Of a stretch of DNA of 64,000 nt, positions 27,999-41,877 are shown piece after piece (position 1 is the first letter of the stretch; every line of letters begins with the position of its first letter). The notes beneath the pieces are model-generated. The model was given only the letters and a program-made list of their open reading frames with translations. It was not told where the DNA came from and did not search any database. The stretch comes from Eledone cirrhosa (Eukaryota), in assembly GCA_964016885.1 (NCBI GenBank), contig OZ024745.1:125922001-125986000 (forward strand). Reading direction: 5' to 3'. The position numbers were made by a program, and so were the translations under genes.

Positions 27999-28634
27999 GG
28001 GGAGAGAGAGAGAGAAGATGAAGTTGGAAATAGCACCGAAAATATATTTAAGGGTCTGTTTTTCTTTCTTTTTTCCCTTTTTCCTTGCTGAGAAGGAGAC
28101 TGGAGAATGAGTTCTTGCGTATAGAAAGAGAGAGAGGTGTGTCGTCATGATTGTAGTAGCAGCAGAGTGGTGGTAGGTCTGTTTCTTCACAGAACAAAAT
28201 TGTTGTTGTTTTTTTTTTGTTTTTTGTTGTTTTTTTTTTTTGGGGGGGGGGGGGGGTCTGGCAAAGGAAATATTCTGTAAATATGTGTGTGTTAATTTAT
28301 TGGTCAAGAGTGCAAATGGGGTTGGTGAGGGGGATGGGGTATTGTAAGCTAGCGACAAATTGTATGAAAATAGTAGGGTTTAAAAGAAATTCTATTATTG
28401 GAATATTGTTTTAGGGAGTGTGTGTATAGTGTGAGGGTGTATATATAAAAATACACACATGTGTGTGTGGGGGGTGGGTCAGCCTGTCTGTCACAGGTCC
28501 CTTTCTGGTGGAAAATTTAAAAAAAAAACAGACCAGAGCATCAGTGGTGGCTTTCAAACAGGAATTTTTGGAAAATATGTGAATGAGCAATTTTTTCTCT
28601 TTTATTTTGTGGTGTTTGTAGGGGTGGGGGGTGA

Positions 28635-29318
28635 TTAGATATTTAATTTTGGTTTAAGATTGTTAATAAATAGTTTTTCTTTATATATTCTTTGCTGTTG
28701 AGGGAAAGAATGGGAGGACTTGTAAAGGTGGAAGATTTTAAATTTAGGTAGAATTATTCATGCACAATCTGCAATGTGGCTACTTAAGGGGATTTCCCTT
28801 GTGTTTACGTGTCGGATTTGTTGGCGATGGATGGTCATTCTTTTGCCTAAATACCCCGTCTGTCCTATATAGTTGTGTCGACAGCCACCACATGTCATTA
28901 CGTAGATCAAGTTCTCTGAGTTGCAAGTGAAGTTATTTTTCCACTGTGAAAGATTGGCCATCTTTAAACGTGAATTTATGTCCTTCAGTTAAGTATAGGC
29001 ATGTACTGTAGTTTGTTCTTCCGCATTTTGTTACCGTAAGGCTGGAGATAGGTTTGTGTATATGTGTTCCAGTGAGAATCTGTTTTAGTGATTTGGGTTG
29101 CCTTTTGCTTTTGATGATCTTGTGTGTTTCTATGATTATTTTTCATTTTTTCTTCTTTAAATAGGGAGGTTTTTGTGTAGGAGGTCGAACATTTTGGTAT
29201 TTCTGGGGTTGAACGTGGATACATATGGTAGGGTATTGTTTGTAGTTCTATGATTTGGGTTGTTGGGTTGATGAACATTTGCGTGGTTTGCTTTGTCTAT
29301 TCCGTTATTAATTATGTC
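28635..29318 (-). pseudogene. Penelope-like element: RT thumb, linker and GIY-YIG endonuclease (frameshifted)
   Basis: DIINNGIDKA...LPYVSTFNPRN; FTCNSENLIYVMTCGGCRHNYIGQT...RMTIHRQQIR...LSSHIADC; QRIYKEKLFINNLKPKLNI*. The 5' end abuts (TA)n. Confidence 0.9.
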
Positions 29319-29824
29319 ATATATATATATATAACGAAGGAAGAGTGGTAAGGAACCAGATGGACCATAACGCACCAGAGTACTCAATACTTAGTGTATG
29401 TAAAAGGTAAACAAAAATAACAACACAATCGGCACAGTATATGGAAGGGATATATTAGGTTAATGCTTGATATAGCAGATGAGTCCAGGTTTCAATTGGG
29501 GATAACCACAATAAGTAAGGTATTCAGTACATTAGTAGAGTGTAAAAATTAAATTTAATATCAAAATGGCTTCTAAGGTCTTGATCCAGTATCATTGTCT
29601 TAGACAGGTGTAGGTGAGCAAGGTCAGTTTTTATCACCTCGTGCCAGGTTTTTATTGTCTGCCCACTCCGCAGCTTCCATCAATTTTTATTGCCCTGCAC
29701 TTTTTTATACAGCTGTCGTCTTTCATACGCATCACACATATATATATATATCATTCGGTTTCCCAAATAGAATTTTAGTCTACGACTTCAGTTATACAAT
29801 TTACGTGGTTTTGTCTTTGCGTGT

Positions 29825-30035
29825 AATTGTTCTCATTGCTGCACATAATGACGTATTATCTTCGGCTTTCTATACGGGTAGTGCAAGCGATTCGACAAAT
29901 CGAGGGTAACGTCGAGGTAATTAACGACCAAGAGGTTGGCCTCAACCTGTATGGAAAGGTTGAAGCCTTTAAAGAAGGTTTGAGTTCTTTTCTGAACCTG
30001 TCGCAAGCACATGGGCCGCACGTTCTTTGCCAGGA
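29825..30035 (-). pseudogene. Penelope-like RT fragment (late RT motifs; Naiad-like)
   Basis: CDRFRKEL / TFFKGFNLSIQVEANLLVVNYLDVTLDLSNRLHYPYRKP matches the PLE N(F/Y)LDVTLDL...PYRKP signature. Confidence 0.85.
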
Positions 30036-30038
30036 AAC

Positions 30039-30278
30039 GTTCCCACGAACCAAAGTATCATTTTCGGTCGCAACGTTTTTTGTAATATTTACTTCTGCGT
30101 TCACAGATTGACCTTTTTAGATTCAGAAGATCCCGTTAAGCGTGAAAGCAGCGATTCTTCGCTTAAACTTTAATCTGTTATTTTAATAAATATTTGCTTT
30201 ACGGTTCTCATATTCGGATATATATTTATCCTTATCGAGCCCTCTTTGGATTTTAGTCTTCAAATTTATTATTATTAC
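30039..30278 (+). mobile_element. Family G terminal repeat, inverted relative to the adjacent PLE RT, with CAGAAGA HHR-like motif (30120-30170)
   Basis: CAGAAGA-TCCCGTTAAGCGT-GAAA-GC...GC-TT-AAAC; ends ATTATTATTAC(TA)n. Confidence 0.75.
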
Positions 30279-30281
30279 TAT

Positions 30282-30341
<60 letters not shown>

Positions 30342-30497
30342 AGGAGAGACAAACACAGATATATACATATATGCGTTCAAATCACAAGAGACATAAACTG
30401 CTAAGGTGAAGAAAATACTAGCGAAGAATAATACGGTTTGCTAGACTCAATTAAAATGATGAATTGAGAATTACAAACCAAATTATGATAACTATCA

Positions 30498-30576
30498 ACA
30501 TCTAGACAGCTTTTGGTTGAACTGTTTCGCAATTAAGTGGCGAGAGTTACAAATCCGATTGCTCTTCAGTAGATGT
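30498..30576 (-). ncRNA. Type I hammerhead ribozyme, apparently intact
   Basis: ACATCTA-CTGAAGA-GCAAT-(24 nt)-ATTGC-GAAA-CAGTT-caaccaaa-AGCTG-TC-TAGATGT. Stem I 7 bp, stem II 5 bp, stem III 6 bp, GUC triplet. Confidence 0.88.
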
Positions 30577-30738
30577 ACAGTTTAGTTTATCCCTTCACTC
30601 CTAAATATCTTAGAAGACTAAATTATGGTCGTGTTTTAAGAGAGAAATAAACGCACATGGTATTCCGAGCCTAGCGTGTCTAGTAAAACGTAGGTTACTA
30701 AAATTAATAGCCAGATTCACTCGACAATAAGAGATTAA

Positions 30739-30789
30739 AGTTTAAGCAAAGAATCGCTGCTTTCACCCTTAACGGGATCTTCTGAAACT
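30739..30789 (-). ncRNA. Family G HHR-like motif with CAGAAGA core
   Basis: AGTTT-CAGAAGA-T-CCC-gttaa-GGG-T-GAAA-GCA-gcgattctt-TGC-TT-AAACT; all three stems can form. Confidence 0.6.
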
Positions 30790-31048
30790 AAATAATATAT
30801 ATATATTATATATATATATTATATATATATTGTATATATATTATATATATATATATTATATATATATTATATATATATTATATATATTATATATATATAT
30901 ATAATATATATAATATATATATAATATATATATAATATATATATTATATATATATTATATATAAATATATAATATATATATATAATATATATAATATATA
31001 TATCTTATATATATATTATATAATATATATATCTTATATATATATTAT

Positions 31049-31500
<452 letters not shown>

Positions 31501-31546
31501 TAGAGCACTCTTTTTTCCTGGACCTTTTCGACGGAATTACTTCATT

Positions 31547-31610
<64 letters not shown>

Positions 31611-31887
31611 ACGGTGTAACAACGTCTTCGTTCAATTTCTGTTTATATTGTCAATTACGATTTTATTTGATGTATCATATCTACATGTATATACACTTGC
31701 GTATAATATCAATATACACACTACACATGCTAGCAGAAAACCAGCACAAGGGTGTTTTTTCTGCTAGTATATATAATACTCTTTCACTATATCTATAATA
31801 TATATACAGTATATATATGTATATATAATATATAACACTTATTTCTTATTTATAGCAATTCTGACAATTCTGATCACAGCAACAAAA

Positions 31888-31966
<79 letters not shown>
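31888..31966. repeat. (CTA)n-(GTA)n head-to-head trinucleotide palindrome
   Basis: ACT repeats switch to GTA repeats at CTAG (~31928-31931) with no spacer. Confidence 0.9.
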
Positions 31967-32313
31967 AATAGCATATTAAATACAATGAACATTGTACAAG
32001 ATATAGTAGTCAAGTCAAGCCTGTTAAATAAAAGAGATGATAATAACGAAACTTTGTTCAAATACGCAAACTCTAGATGACGCAGGTGTTCTCGCTGAAA
32101 AGTGTCAAAAGAGAAGATATCGGAGACACAGTGTGACCACAGACGTGACGTTGTTAACAACAATTATAGTGATTTACTCTATTATTTGTAAAGAAATCTG
32201 TAATATATAATTTGTGTGTGGTGGGCGCCTGTGTGCGTACGTGTGTGTTTTATAGTTCAGAAGTTCACCCCACAGATATATGCTTGCGGGGTTCGATTTC
32301 ACTGCGTTATATA

Positions 32314-32752
32314 CAGGGTGGGTCAAAAGTAACTTCTTATCTACTTTTATTAATGAAACATTGTAAATTAAATCAAAACTAATTTTTCTTCGAGGGTGTA
32401 TTTTTCCATAATTGGATCTTGTTTTTATTCAAATTTAATCTGACACAAAACGAAATACATTTTAATAATGGTTTCTTATGTAGGCACAAGGCCAGCAATT
32501 TGGGGGAGGGGAAGGTCGATTAAAACAACCCCAGTGCATTACTGGTACTTTATTTTATCGGCCCCGTAAGGATAAACGGCAAAGTTAACCTCGGCGAGAT
32601 TTGAATTCAGATCATAAACGTCCGTAACTCTATGCTACAAAGTAAGGCGTCTGATCCTCTACCGATACTGCCAATCCACCGCCCTAAAATATATTTTAAT
32701 AATAAAAACAATTATGAATTGTTTAATAGGAAATGACTTTTGGCCCACGCCG
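32314..32752. mobile_element. Tc1/mariner MITE containing a nested SINE (32470-32686, -)
   Basis: TA|CAGGGTGGGTCAAAAGT...ACTTTTGGCCCACGCCG|TA. The SINE has TSD AAATAYATTTTAATAAT at 32453-32469 and 32687-32703. Confidence 0.8.
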
Positions 32753-32814
32753 TATTTGATAAATATTAGCTGTTCAATATCTTGCGAATGCAATTAAGTA
32801 GAAAAAATGTAAGA

Positions 32815-33255
32815 GCTTGTCGTATATGTATGTAGACACCGAGCAAACATGCTGCCGTCTGGCGGACCAGATTCGCCGAACACCTGAGAGACATTCGATA
32901 TGGAAACGACACCCCCATCTCTCGTCACTTCCGTTCCCCCAACCACTCTAATCAACACGTCACTGTTTCATTTTACACCACGGATCCCCCAGCCACTCGC
33001 CCCAGGACAGAACAGAACTTGATTCTTCGCGTTGGAACTACTTTTCCGAAGAGACTCAATTCCCTCTCCCCACTGTTTCTATAACCTCCCATTACCCTTA
33101 TTCTCACACACAATTCCAGCCACCACATAATACAAACTCCCATTTACAACACCCGTATATACCACCCGACACATATAACTCTCAAAATCCTACACTTTCT
33201 GATGCATGCACGAGTATGTGCGCAAACCCGCACACGAAGAATCCGACTTAGAAAT
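32815..33255 (+). pseudogene. Penelope-like GIY-YIG endonuclease 3' fragment with 3' UTR
   Basis: CRLAD/FAEHLRDIRYGNDTPISRHFRSPNHSNQHVTV...TEQNLILRVGTTFPKRLNS, then a C-rich UTR, a decayed HHR-like motif at 33199-33230 and a TA tract. Confidence 0.8.
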
Positions 33256-33524
33256 GTATATATATATACTGAAAGTTTCTAATTGCGGGTGGTATTTTTA
33301 ACATGCCTTTAAAAAATCATGCTAATAATAATGCGATATTAATTTCTTATATACAAGTGAACAGGAAGTGAAATTATTCAGTTGAATCTCCCTTTGTATA
33401 ACACTAACAGCTGTAGAAGTCAAAGTAAACTTTGGTGGAATTTGAAACCGAAACTTATTGCCAATGTTTATTTTGGTGAACAAACAAGCGAGCCACAACA
33501 TGGTCGCTTGAACTACTAATGATT

Positions 33525-34090
33525 CTTTCTAAAAGGTTCTAGGCCAGAAATTTGGGGTGAGGGAAAGTCAATTAAATCGACCGCAGTACTTTGCTGGTAC
33601 TTAATTTTATTGACTAGAGAAAGATTAAAGGCAAAGCTAATCTAGTTATGATTTGAACTGAGTATGTAACTAAATAGTTCAAATCATTTTGTTCGACGTT
33701 CTAATGATTCAGCCAATCCACCACACGCGATCTGCTAATAACAGCAGCCAAATCTCTCTCAAATACTATCATATTGTCTTTTGTAGAGGGATATTGGATA
33801 ATGTCATCCGAGACATACTATGTTCGAAAATAAAGTCGGGATGATTTGATCGCAGAGATGACCTTGAGCTAAACAGCATCAACAAGATATTGGTTTCTGA
33901 TTTAGGGACAAGGCCCACAATTTTGAGGGAGGGAGGAAGTAGATTAAATCGACCCCAGTGCATTACTGGTGCTTTATTTTATCGAACACTTAAGGATGAA
34001 AGGCAAAGGTAACCTCGGCAGCATTTGAACTCAGATTGTAAAAGGGCATAACACTGTGACATAAAGCAGGCTGCTCGACGCTCTACCGAT
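33525..34090 (-). mobile_element. Two decayed SINE family 1 copies (~33525-33725, 33890-34090)
   Basis: Shared SINE core motifs. Confidence 0.7.
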
Positions 34091-34464
34091 TGTGTTGTGG
34101 TCAGCAGCCGAAAGCAAGAATGTTTGTTCGAGAATTAACATAAAATGTCAATAACAATAAAGTATTTCTACATATTTTTGTTTTGAAATAGTTGAATTAT
34201 TTCATTTATTTCAGCTTATAGACTAGACGCTTTTGAAATCTAAATTTCAGTTACGCAGTTCAACATTCCATAACGCCACACAAAGAAGAAATCATTGCCT
34301 CAGACAGTTTTTGGAACTGTCCTTGGCCTGGATATAAAAAACATACTATGAATAAAATTGTAATTGTTCTCAGTTCATATTTTCAGTTCTCAAAAGCTAT
34401 TATTGTCTGTTTCTTTCAGCAATGACATTCCAAATAAACTTCCCAAACAACGGCATCCAGAATA

Positions 34465-34792
34465 GTAGTGGCACTCCGTCTGTTACGACGACGAGTATTC
34501 CTGTTGTTATGATAAACGGAACAGCCTGCTCGTGAAATTAACGTGCAAGAGGCTGAGCATTCCACAGACACGCGTACCTTCAACATAGTTCTCGGAGATA
34601 TTCAGCGTGACACAGTCTGTGACAAGGCTGGCCCTTCGAATTTCAGGCATAACTCATTTTTGCTAGTTGAGTGCACTGGAGCGACGTGAAATAAACTATC
34701 TTGCTCAGGGACACAACTCGCCGCCGCGAATCGAACTCACGGTCTTACGAGCGGGAAGCGAACACCCTAACCACATAGCCACACGCCTTCAT
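34465..34792 (-). mobile_element. tRNA-derived SINE family 2 with TSD
   Basis: The - strand head has A box TGGCTATGTGG and B box GTTCGATTC. TSD GGCATCCAGAATA at 34452-34464 and 34793-34805. Relics at ~9170-9270, 39035-39210 and 57985-58145. Confidence 0.85.
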
Positions 34793-35461
34793 GGCATCCA
34801 GAATAACTGAAAAGTAACAACCAAATGAGGAAGCATTTCACAAGATCACTAGATCTGCTAGAAAACGCAGACAAATCTCCTGTAAATAATGTTCTACTGC
34901 TTTAAATAAGGAAAGGACATAAGGAAAGCAGATGATTTAATACGATCCACTATAGAGTGATATTTGCTGTGACACGCAGGGCATTCTAGTAAGCATCTGA
35001 AGAAAGCCATTATTTGTCTTGAAATCAATTATCAACACGCACCAGCAGCTGACCCACAACTAAGCTAACTCGCGATCTGTCTTTCCTACATTCCTCATTA
35101 ATTACATTTACGTCATCTGCCGCCATTTATAAAGTGAATACCGTGAAGACAACACTTGAAACGTATCACACTGTATTTGAAGCATTCTATCATTTGCTTA
35201 TATATCTCTACTGTAATGACTAAAGATACGTAGTAAAAAGAATGGAAATCAATATATAGTGGTTTTGAAAGTATCTCTTATTTATTTTTATTCTCAGAGA
35301 GGACCTGGCGAGAATACTTGTAACAAATTATATACCGACTCTGTGATTTCGGCATGCACACTACACACACACACTCTCTCATATATATATAACAGTAGAA
35401 CACTGCAGGGTTATATCCGTAGTAGTAGAGCACTCAGTCCATGGAACGAGTTTGGTAGAAG

Positions 35462-35621
35462 TAGTTCTACAACAGTTAGTTCACTATTACCGAGAACAAT
35501 TATTTCACTTCATTCGGATCATCAACTCGGTTTCCATTAAACCTCATTTAAACTGAGCTGGTAATCCGAATAAGGTGAAACAATTGTTCTCGGTAATGGT
35601 GCACTAACTGTTGTGAAACTA
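35462..35621. mobile_element. Family D fold-back element with a decayed HHR in each arm (35489-35531 -, 35552-35594 +)
   Basis: Arms are ~73-bp inverted repeats. Consensus ACCGAG-CTGATGA-TCCGAATRARGT-GAAA-CAATTG-TT-CTCGGT. Confidence 0.7.
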
Positions 35622-36266
35622 AATATATATATGTTATTAACTCCCCTTGCGAATATCGTTTCCTTTATTTTTTAAATTCATAACGTTAAAACAATTTAAC
35701 GACATCTCAACCCTAACACTTCGCTTAATAACTATTAATTCTTGGATGACAATTACCTATCTAGTTTAATTACGTTTTTTGCCTTATAGTTTACACATAT
35801 ATCCATTTTATCACCACATATATCTCTACCATATTGTTTGCCATTTTAAAAATGTTAAACATTTCTAACACTTTTAACATGCTTATACATTCTATATGAA
35901 ATATGCTTGTTTCATTTATTATATAACTCTTACCTCTTGCATGCCTTTATTAATTTTATTAACTTTTGCATTATATACCCTTAACATTATCCGCTTTTCA
36001 ATGCTATGATATCTTTTATCTATCTTATCTTATATCTTTTTTTGCTTGTATCTTTTGTACATGTATTACCTTAAACAATATCTTTATATATAATATGCTC
36101 AATATTTCACTCTTCACCATTGCTCCTTATACTGTGTTTTCTGTAACATAACATCCTTTTGTAACTCCTGCTTTTCTATATGATGTCAATGACACTGGCA
36201 ATAGTTATGTATCTATATAAATGTTCTGAAGACTAGGATTTTAATTACCTGTTTAAACATTCTCTA

Positions 36267-36313
36267 TGATCCGATGGTTCCAGACATCCGTCTGGAAGAA
36301 ACAATTGTCAGCA
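36267..36313 (+). ncRNA. Decayed type I HHR
   Basis: Core CCGATGG (2 substitutions), perfect 8-bp stem II TTCCAGAC-atcc-GTCTGGAA, GAAA-CAATTG-TC palindromic stem III; ~40 nt upstream of (TA)n(TG)n. Confidence 0.65.
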
Positions 36314-36354
36314 ATTAAATGTATTAGACTAAGATTTGATTGTTTTATATTTTG

Positions 36355-36454
<100 letters not shown>

Positions 36455-36693
36455 TGTGTGTGTGTGTGTGGACTAATTTTCTACTCAATTATGGTACGAC
36501 CTATTGCAATATTAGATATTGATATAATGTTGATGGGAATATTCCATCGAAACAAGAAGAAGAAGAAGAAGAAGAAGAAGCTTAATAACTACGGAGAGTA
36601 TATTTACATGGCAACGTCTTATTACCCCCCAAGTATATGGAGGGCCAAGAGAATTGAACATCATATTAGCTAATATAATCCATGCTTAACTAA

Positions 36694-37455
36694 TCTCTAT
36701 ATATAAAACTGAGGATGTCTGCCTGTGTGTGTGTGAGTTCGAATCCCTAAAACTCGAGAACCACCCGACCGACTGTTTTCAAACTTTACACATGTAATAC
36801 TTATGTTTCAGGGAGTGTTCTGAGCAAAAACAATTTAAAATTTTCAATGCCCTAGGGACCGCATTAGGCGATTTGGCGATCTCGCTCTATAATTCTTAGT
36901 CTTTCTCTTTTTAGATAGATACATACATATAACGTCATGCCCTTGTAATATCTGTCTGTAGGTCTGGCTGTCTGCATTACGTCACTTCCCTGAGGATGTC
37001 CGTCTGTGTGTGTGTCTGTGAGTTTGAATCCCTAAAACTCAAGAAGTACCCAACCGATTTTTTTCAAACTTTACATGTGTATTACTTATGTTTCAGGGAG
37101 TGTTATGCGCATAAAATTCAACTTTTATTTTATCTCCTAAAATTCAACTTTTATTTTATCTCCCGCATTAGGTGAAAAACTGCGTTTTTTTAAGAATATT
37201 AGGGGTTTTTTTTATGTATTAGTCAGTCTCTTCTTCATACCTGCATTTTTCCTGCTTCATCGAGGAAAATCTTAGAGATCATCCAGACATCAGAGTATTC
37301 GGTTTATTTTCTTTACATATTGTCCAGGCATGCAGTTTTTCCACATGCATTTTCTTGATCCCCTAGGGCCCGCATTAGGTGAAAACCTGCATTTTCTGTT
37401 GGCGGCTCGCGTTCCAAAATACCTTATCCCGTGCAACGCCGGGTACCACTGCTAG
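36694..37455 (+). mobile_element. Non-autonomous Helitron
   Basis: A|TC 5' end, subterminal hairpin CCCGTGCAACGCCGGG (37428-37443), CTAG|T 3' end, no TSD. Internal duplication of ~36710-36830 at ~36992-37110. Confidence 0.85.
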
Positions 37456-38123
37456 TAGTTTATAAAAATAATGTTATTCTGTCTTTACCACCACCTCAGT
37501 TTTTTCCACACCATATCTTCATATTCTTTTTCCTATCTGCTGATGTGAATTTTTCTTCTTCGCCTATGAGGACTTTCTATATTTTCTATATATAACAGTA
37601 TAGTAGCATTCACCTCTATTTCCTTTTATTTCCATTGCTAAAACTTCAATTTCACTTATGCTTTATGTACAAATGCTATTTGCTGATCAGAACTATCTAT
37701 GAATTCACAATAAACGGAAAAATACTAGTGAACTAAGATATCTTGAACTAAGGTGATCTGTCTAGAGTTATATCAAAACATCTGCTTCTAATACGAACTC
37801 AAGTAATTGTCACTTCACCCATCTTGCTACTATCACTTATACATTTATGTTATAAATCTATGCCGACTTACACTAAAATATTTCTTAGTGTCATTTATTT
37901 CAAGTATATAACGAGATAAGATTTGATGTCCGCATTCTCTCAACAGATACCCGTTTGAGATTTTATGAGAACTGTCAGATATCTGGAGATATTTAATAAT
38001 ATGTTATACAATATCTGGCAATTGTCAAACAATAATTCCCAATTTTTGCACGACTTATGCATATGGTTGAATCTTTAATGCACTTTATAACAGCCTCTTC
38101 TTGACATCAACACAGTTTAAGGA

Positions 38124-38154
<31 letters not shown>

Positions 38155-40364
38155 TGTATGTATGTATGTATGTATGTATGTATGTATGTATGTATGTATG
38201 TATGCAAAGATATGTGTGTTTGTGTGTGTGTTTCTATATATAATTTATTCGCTTGCTTATATTTGTGTGGTGGGGTGAACTGAGATCGGCAATTTATATT
38301 TTATATGAATGTAAGCAGAAAAATGTTGGGTGTGTTCGCAGAGGTATGATTTCTGCTTGTGAATATGTGTATGTGTGAGTGTGTAAGTATTTACATGGAC
38401 GCATATCTATTCGTCTGGTTGTTGAATTTTCAGTATGGAATTGGTTTAAAATGTAAGTTATCTTTTTCGTGTATGTAAGATATGCAGAGTTCAAGCATAT
38501 AATGAAATATGTCAACATAATTATCACCACGCCAGCCTTGCAGCGTATACCGTTGTCACCGCCACCATTACCACCATGACCAACGTAATTACTAAAACAA
38601 CTAGCGGTGTAAACGATAGATTAGGCGAAAAATGTTTTTCGACTTTTCTTTGAACGATCTGGCTACTTGCACTCCAGTAAATTATATGATATCACAGTTA
38701 CAGCTGTTTCCTTCACATCTCTCGCGTAATCATGACTTAACAAGGATTACTTGGGTAGCTGATATGGTTTTACTTTCAACATAACATAATATACATTTCT
38801 TAAGGGCTACAAATATCAGAAAAGTGAACTCAGTTTAGGCAGAAGGTGAAGGAGAGAAAGTTTAAATAGATACAGAGATAAGAATACCTGCATCGATATT
38901 TTCCAGCAGCAAACGTGGAGCTTGCAGTTCTGTAGCTGAAAGTTTTATTTGGCCCACTTTTTTTCTAATTGAAACCTAAAGCTGTTTCAAAAAGTTTGAA
39001 ATATCTTTAACTAAACATTGGGATAGAAAGAAGGGAGCTCCGTCGGTATCAATGATGAGTGTTCCAGTTATTCTATCAACCGAATGCGCATGAAATTAGC
39101 ATGCAAGAAATGACTGGACATACTACAAGTACTTGAACATTTAATATAATTCCCAGGGAGACTAGACATGACACCATGTGAGAAGATTTGCCCTTTGAAT
39201 TACTGATATAGTCTATCCGTCTGGCTTCCAAACTGTATCCGTCTACTCATTTTCACTCAAAGTTTTCGTAATAAAAATCTGTCTGAAGATGTTACGCATT
39301 GATATGGAACCCAGGACCTTATGATTGTGAAGAAAACTCTTTAACAAGTTCCCTATGCTACTATAAAGTGGTAATGGTTACAAAATGCTTTCTGATACGT
39401 GTTCTAGCCGTTTGAGAATAACATTTTGATTGGAAATATAACTATCCCTGATATTATCCTGATATTTCTTCAGTTTTAGATGACAAAATTTTCCATTCTT
39501 GTGTGTATGTGTATGTTTGTGTATATGTGTGTCTGTGTATGTGTGTGTTTGTGTGTGTTTGTGTATATGTGTGTCTTTGTGTGTTTGTGTACTGTGCGTT
39601 ACAGTAGGTCTGCCGGTCGGGGGCCTTTCTGGTTGCTTCAATAGATATAAGACATAGTAACGGCTACTGCCAACAGTTAGCCGGATGGACCTCATTCACT
39701 CCACTGACTTGCTGTCGCTACCGTCTGCTCAACTATATCCCGCAAGACTGTCTTTCTAGTTGAGCTTCAATGATTTTTTTATTTAAAAACAACCGAATAT
39801 TGCATGTATATTTAATGCTACACAAAAAAGATAACCTGAAGCAAAAGAATAACAACAGTAACAACAATAAATTGGGTTATATAAAGATTGTTCTCAAAGA
39901 AATATATACATTTCGAGTATTTCAGCTTTATCCTCGTTAAACTCAAATTATTTACTCTACGTGTATCATTTTTCACCAGTTTCATTACTTTTAATAAAAA
40001 CTTAATTGTCACAACTTCCTATTTCGCCAGATACAAATTATAGAGCATGTGAGTCAAGTGAAAAGAACTAATTGTATTCAGATTTACATAGACTAGTTGT
40101 ATTGGTAATTAACAAAAATATATAACACATGATTATGCTCTCATTTATTGTGCTTTTTTTACTCCTGTTTGTATTACTTTTTCTTCTCTCTACAAATTAC
40201 TCCTCTCTACTGCATGTTTCTATTATCAGATGAAGGATTAGCGTCAGAAACGTTAAGACTAGTTTCCAATGGTATCAAGTGATAAAGTAATATTCTCTTA
40301 TTGTATTGTAATGTATTGTTCTTCTATATTTTTGTTGTTGACTTATTTCCATATATGCTCACAT

Positions 40365-40408
<44 letters not shown>

Positions 40409-40901
40409 ATATATGCGTACATATACATTATTAACAACTAAGCCATGGGCCTTCCCTATATATATATAGATAGATATAGATATAGATATAGATATAGATA
40501 TAGATATATGCGTGTGTATGTGTATGTGTGTGGTTGTATGTGTGTATACATATAAACCTATATAATCCCTAAGAGAAAAGGAAATAAATCAAATGTTTAG
40601 AAAACTAGGACAGAGATAACATTAAAATTGACATCTATTGATAATACGCTATATGATAGACACGATAACATTGATTCATAAAGAAGGGCAAAAGCTTACA
40701 CAATCATAAATAGCTATAACATAAATCAGTCGTCTATAACAGTAAAAGACGAAGTTTCGTCTCTGGTTGGCTTCGCCAGATTTGCGGAATTTTGTAGGTC
40801 AAAGTTTTCCCTTATCACTCTCCTACCACTCACAACCTTCTTAACAAACTTTTCCAAACTTTCCTGCGTCATCCTGTTCGCTCTCTCTCTCTCTCTCTCC
40901 C

Positions 40902-40979
<78 letters not shown>

Positions 40980-41457
40980 CATTCCTTGACGAAGAATTTC
41001 AGTCCGAAACGCCGAACCCACCTCTACATCCGCCAAAGTGTGATCCTAATAAGAAATTTGTGTTTTTGCATCTATGTGTTTACGTTATTTCTTCAACTTT
41101 ACACACAACTTTATAACTTTGATAACTTTGATAGGTTTTGGCCAGTTTTGGCCAAGGCGATGTCTAACATCATAGCACTACCTAGCGAAGTCTTTCAAAT
41201 CAGGATTTGGACACCATGGTCCACTCAAGTAGAGAATTATGGTGACATATCCGGGTGTATGAGTTTTATCCTGGATTTCTTGGAGGAATGTATCAACACT
41301 AGCTCTTCGATTTACATGTGCGTACGAATATTGAGATGCCTTTGCTGCTTCCGCTTCAGAATGAGAAACGTTATAGTAATAGGACATTCGTCAAGAGCTT
41401 ATTAGCGGTCATAAAGGATTATGTGAGTTATAGGAATCATCTCTCCCCCCCTCTCGC

Positions 41458-41561
<104 letters not shown>

Positions 41562-41609
41562 TTATATATATATATTATTAATATTCGAAAAACTCAGATT
41601 ACATTTATT

Positions 41610-41860
41610 GTATTCAGCCATGTCAAAAGTGACACAGAGGAGACTGGAGTTAGCTGGGCATCAGAGTTGACATTGCACTCAGTGCTCCTGTGTGAGCCCC
41701 TACATGGACACACTGGAAGAGGAAGACCAAGGTTAACGTATGTTGATGCCCTACGGACAGACACTGGTCTGTTGGAGACGCAGAACATGGCAGAGATAAT
41801 GAGGGACAGAGACCGCTGCAGAGAACTCGTCCATGGATCTCGGGAATTTTGCCCGCCCTA
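41610..41860 (+). pseudogene. RTE/RTEX-like LINE C-terminal fragment
   Basis: LHSVLLCEPLHGHTGRGRPRLTYVDALRTDTGL...MRDRDRCRELV. Confidence 0.75.
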
Positions 41861-41877
41861 GAAAAATATAGATATAT

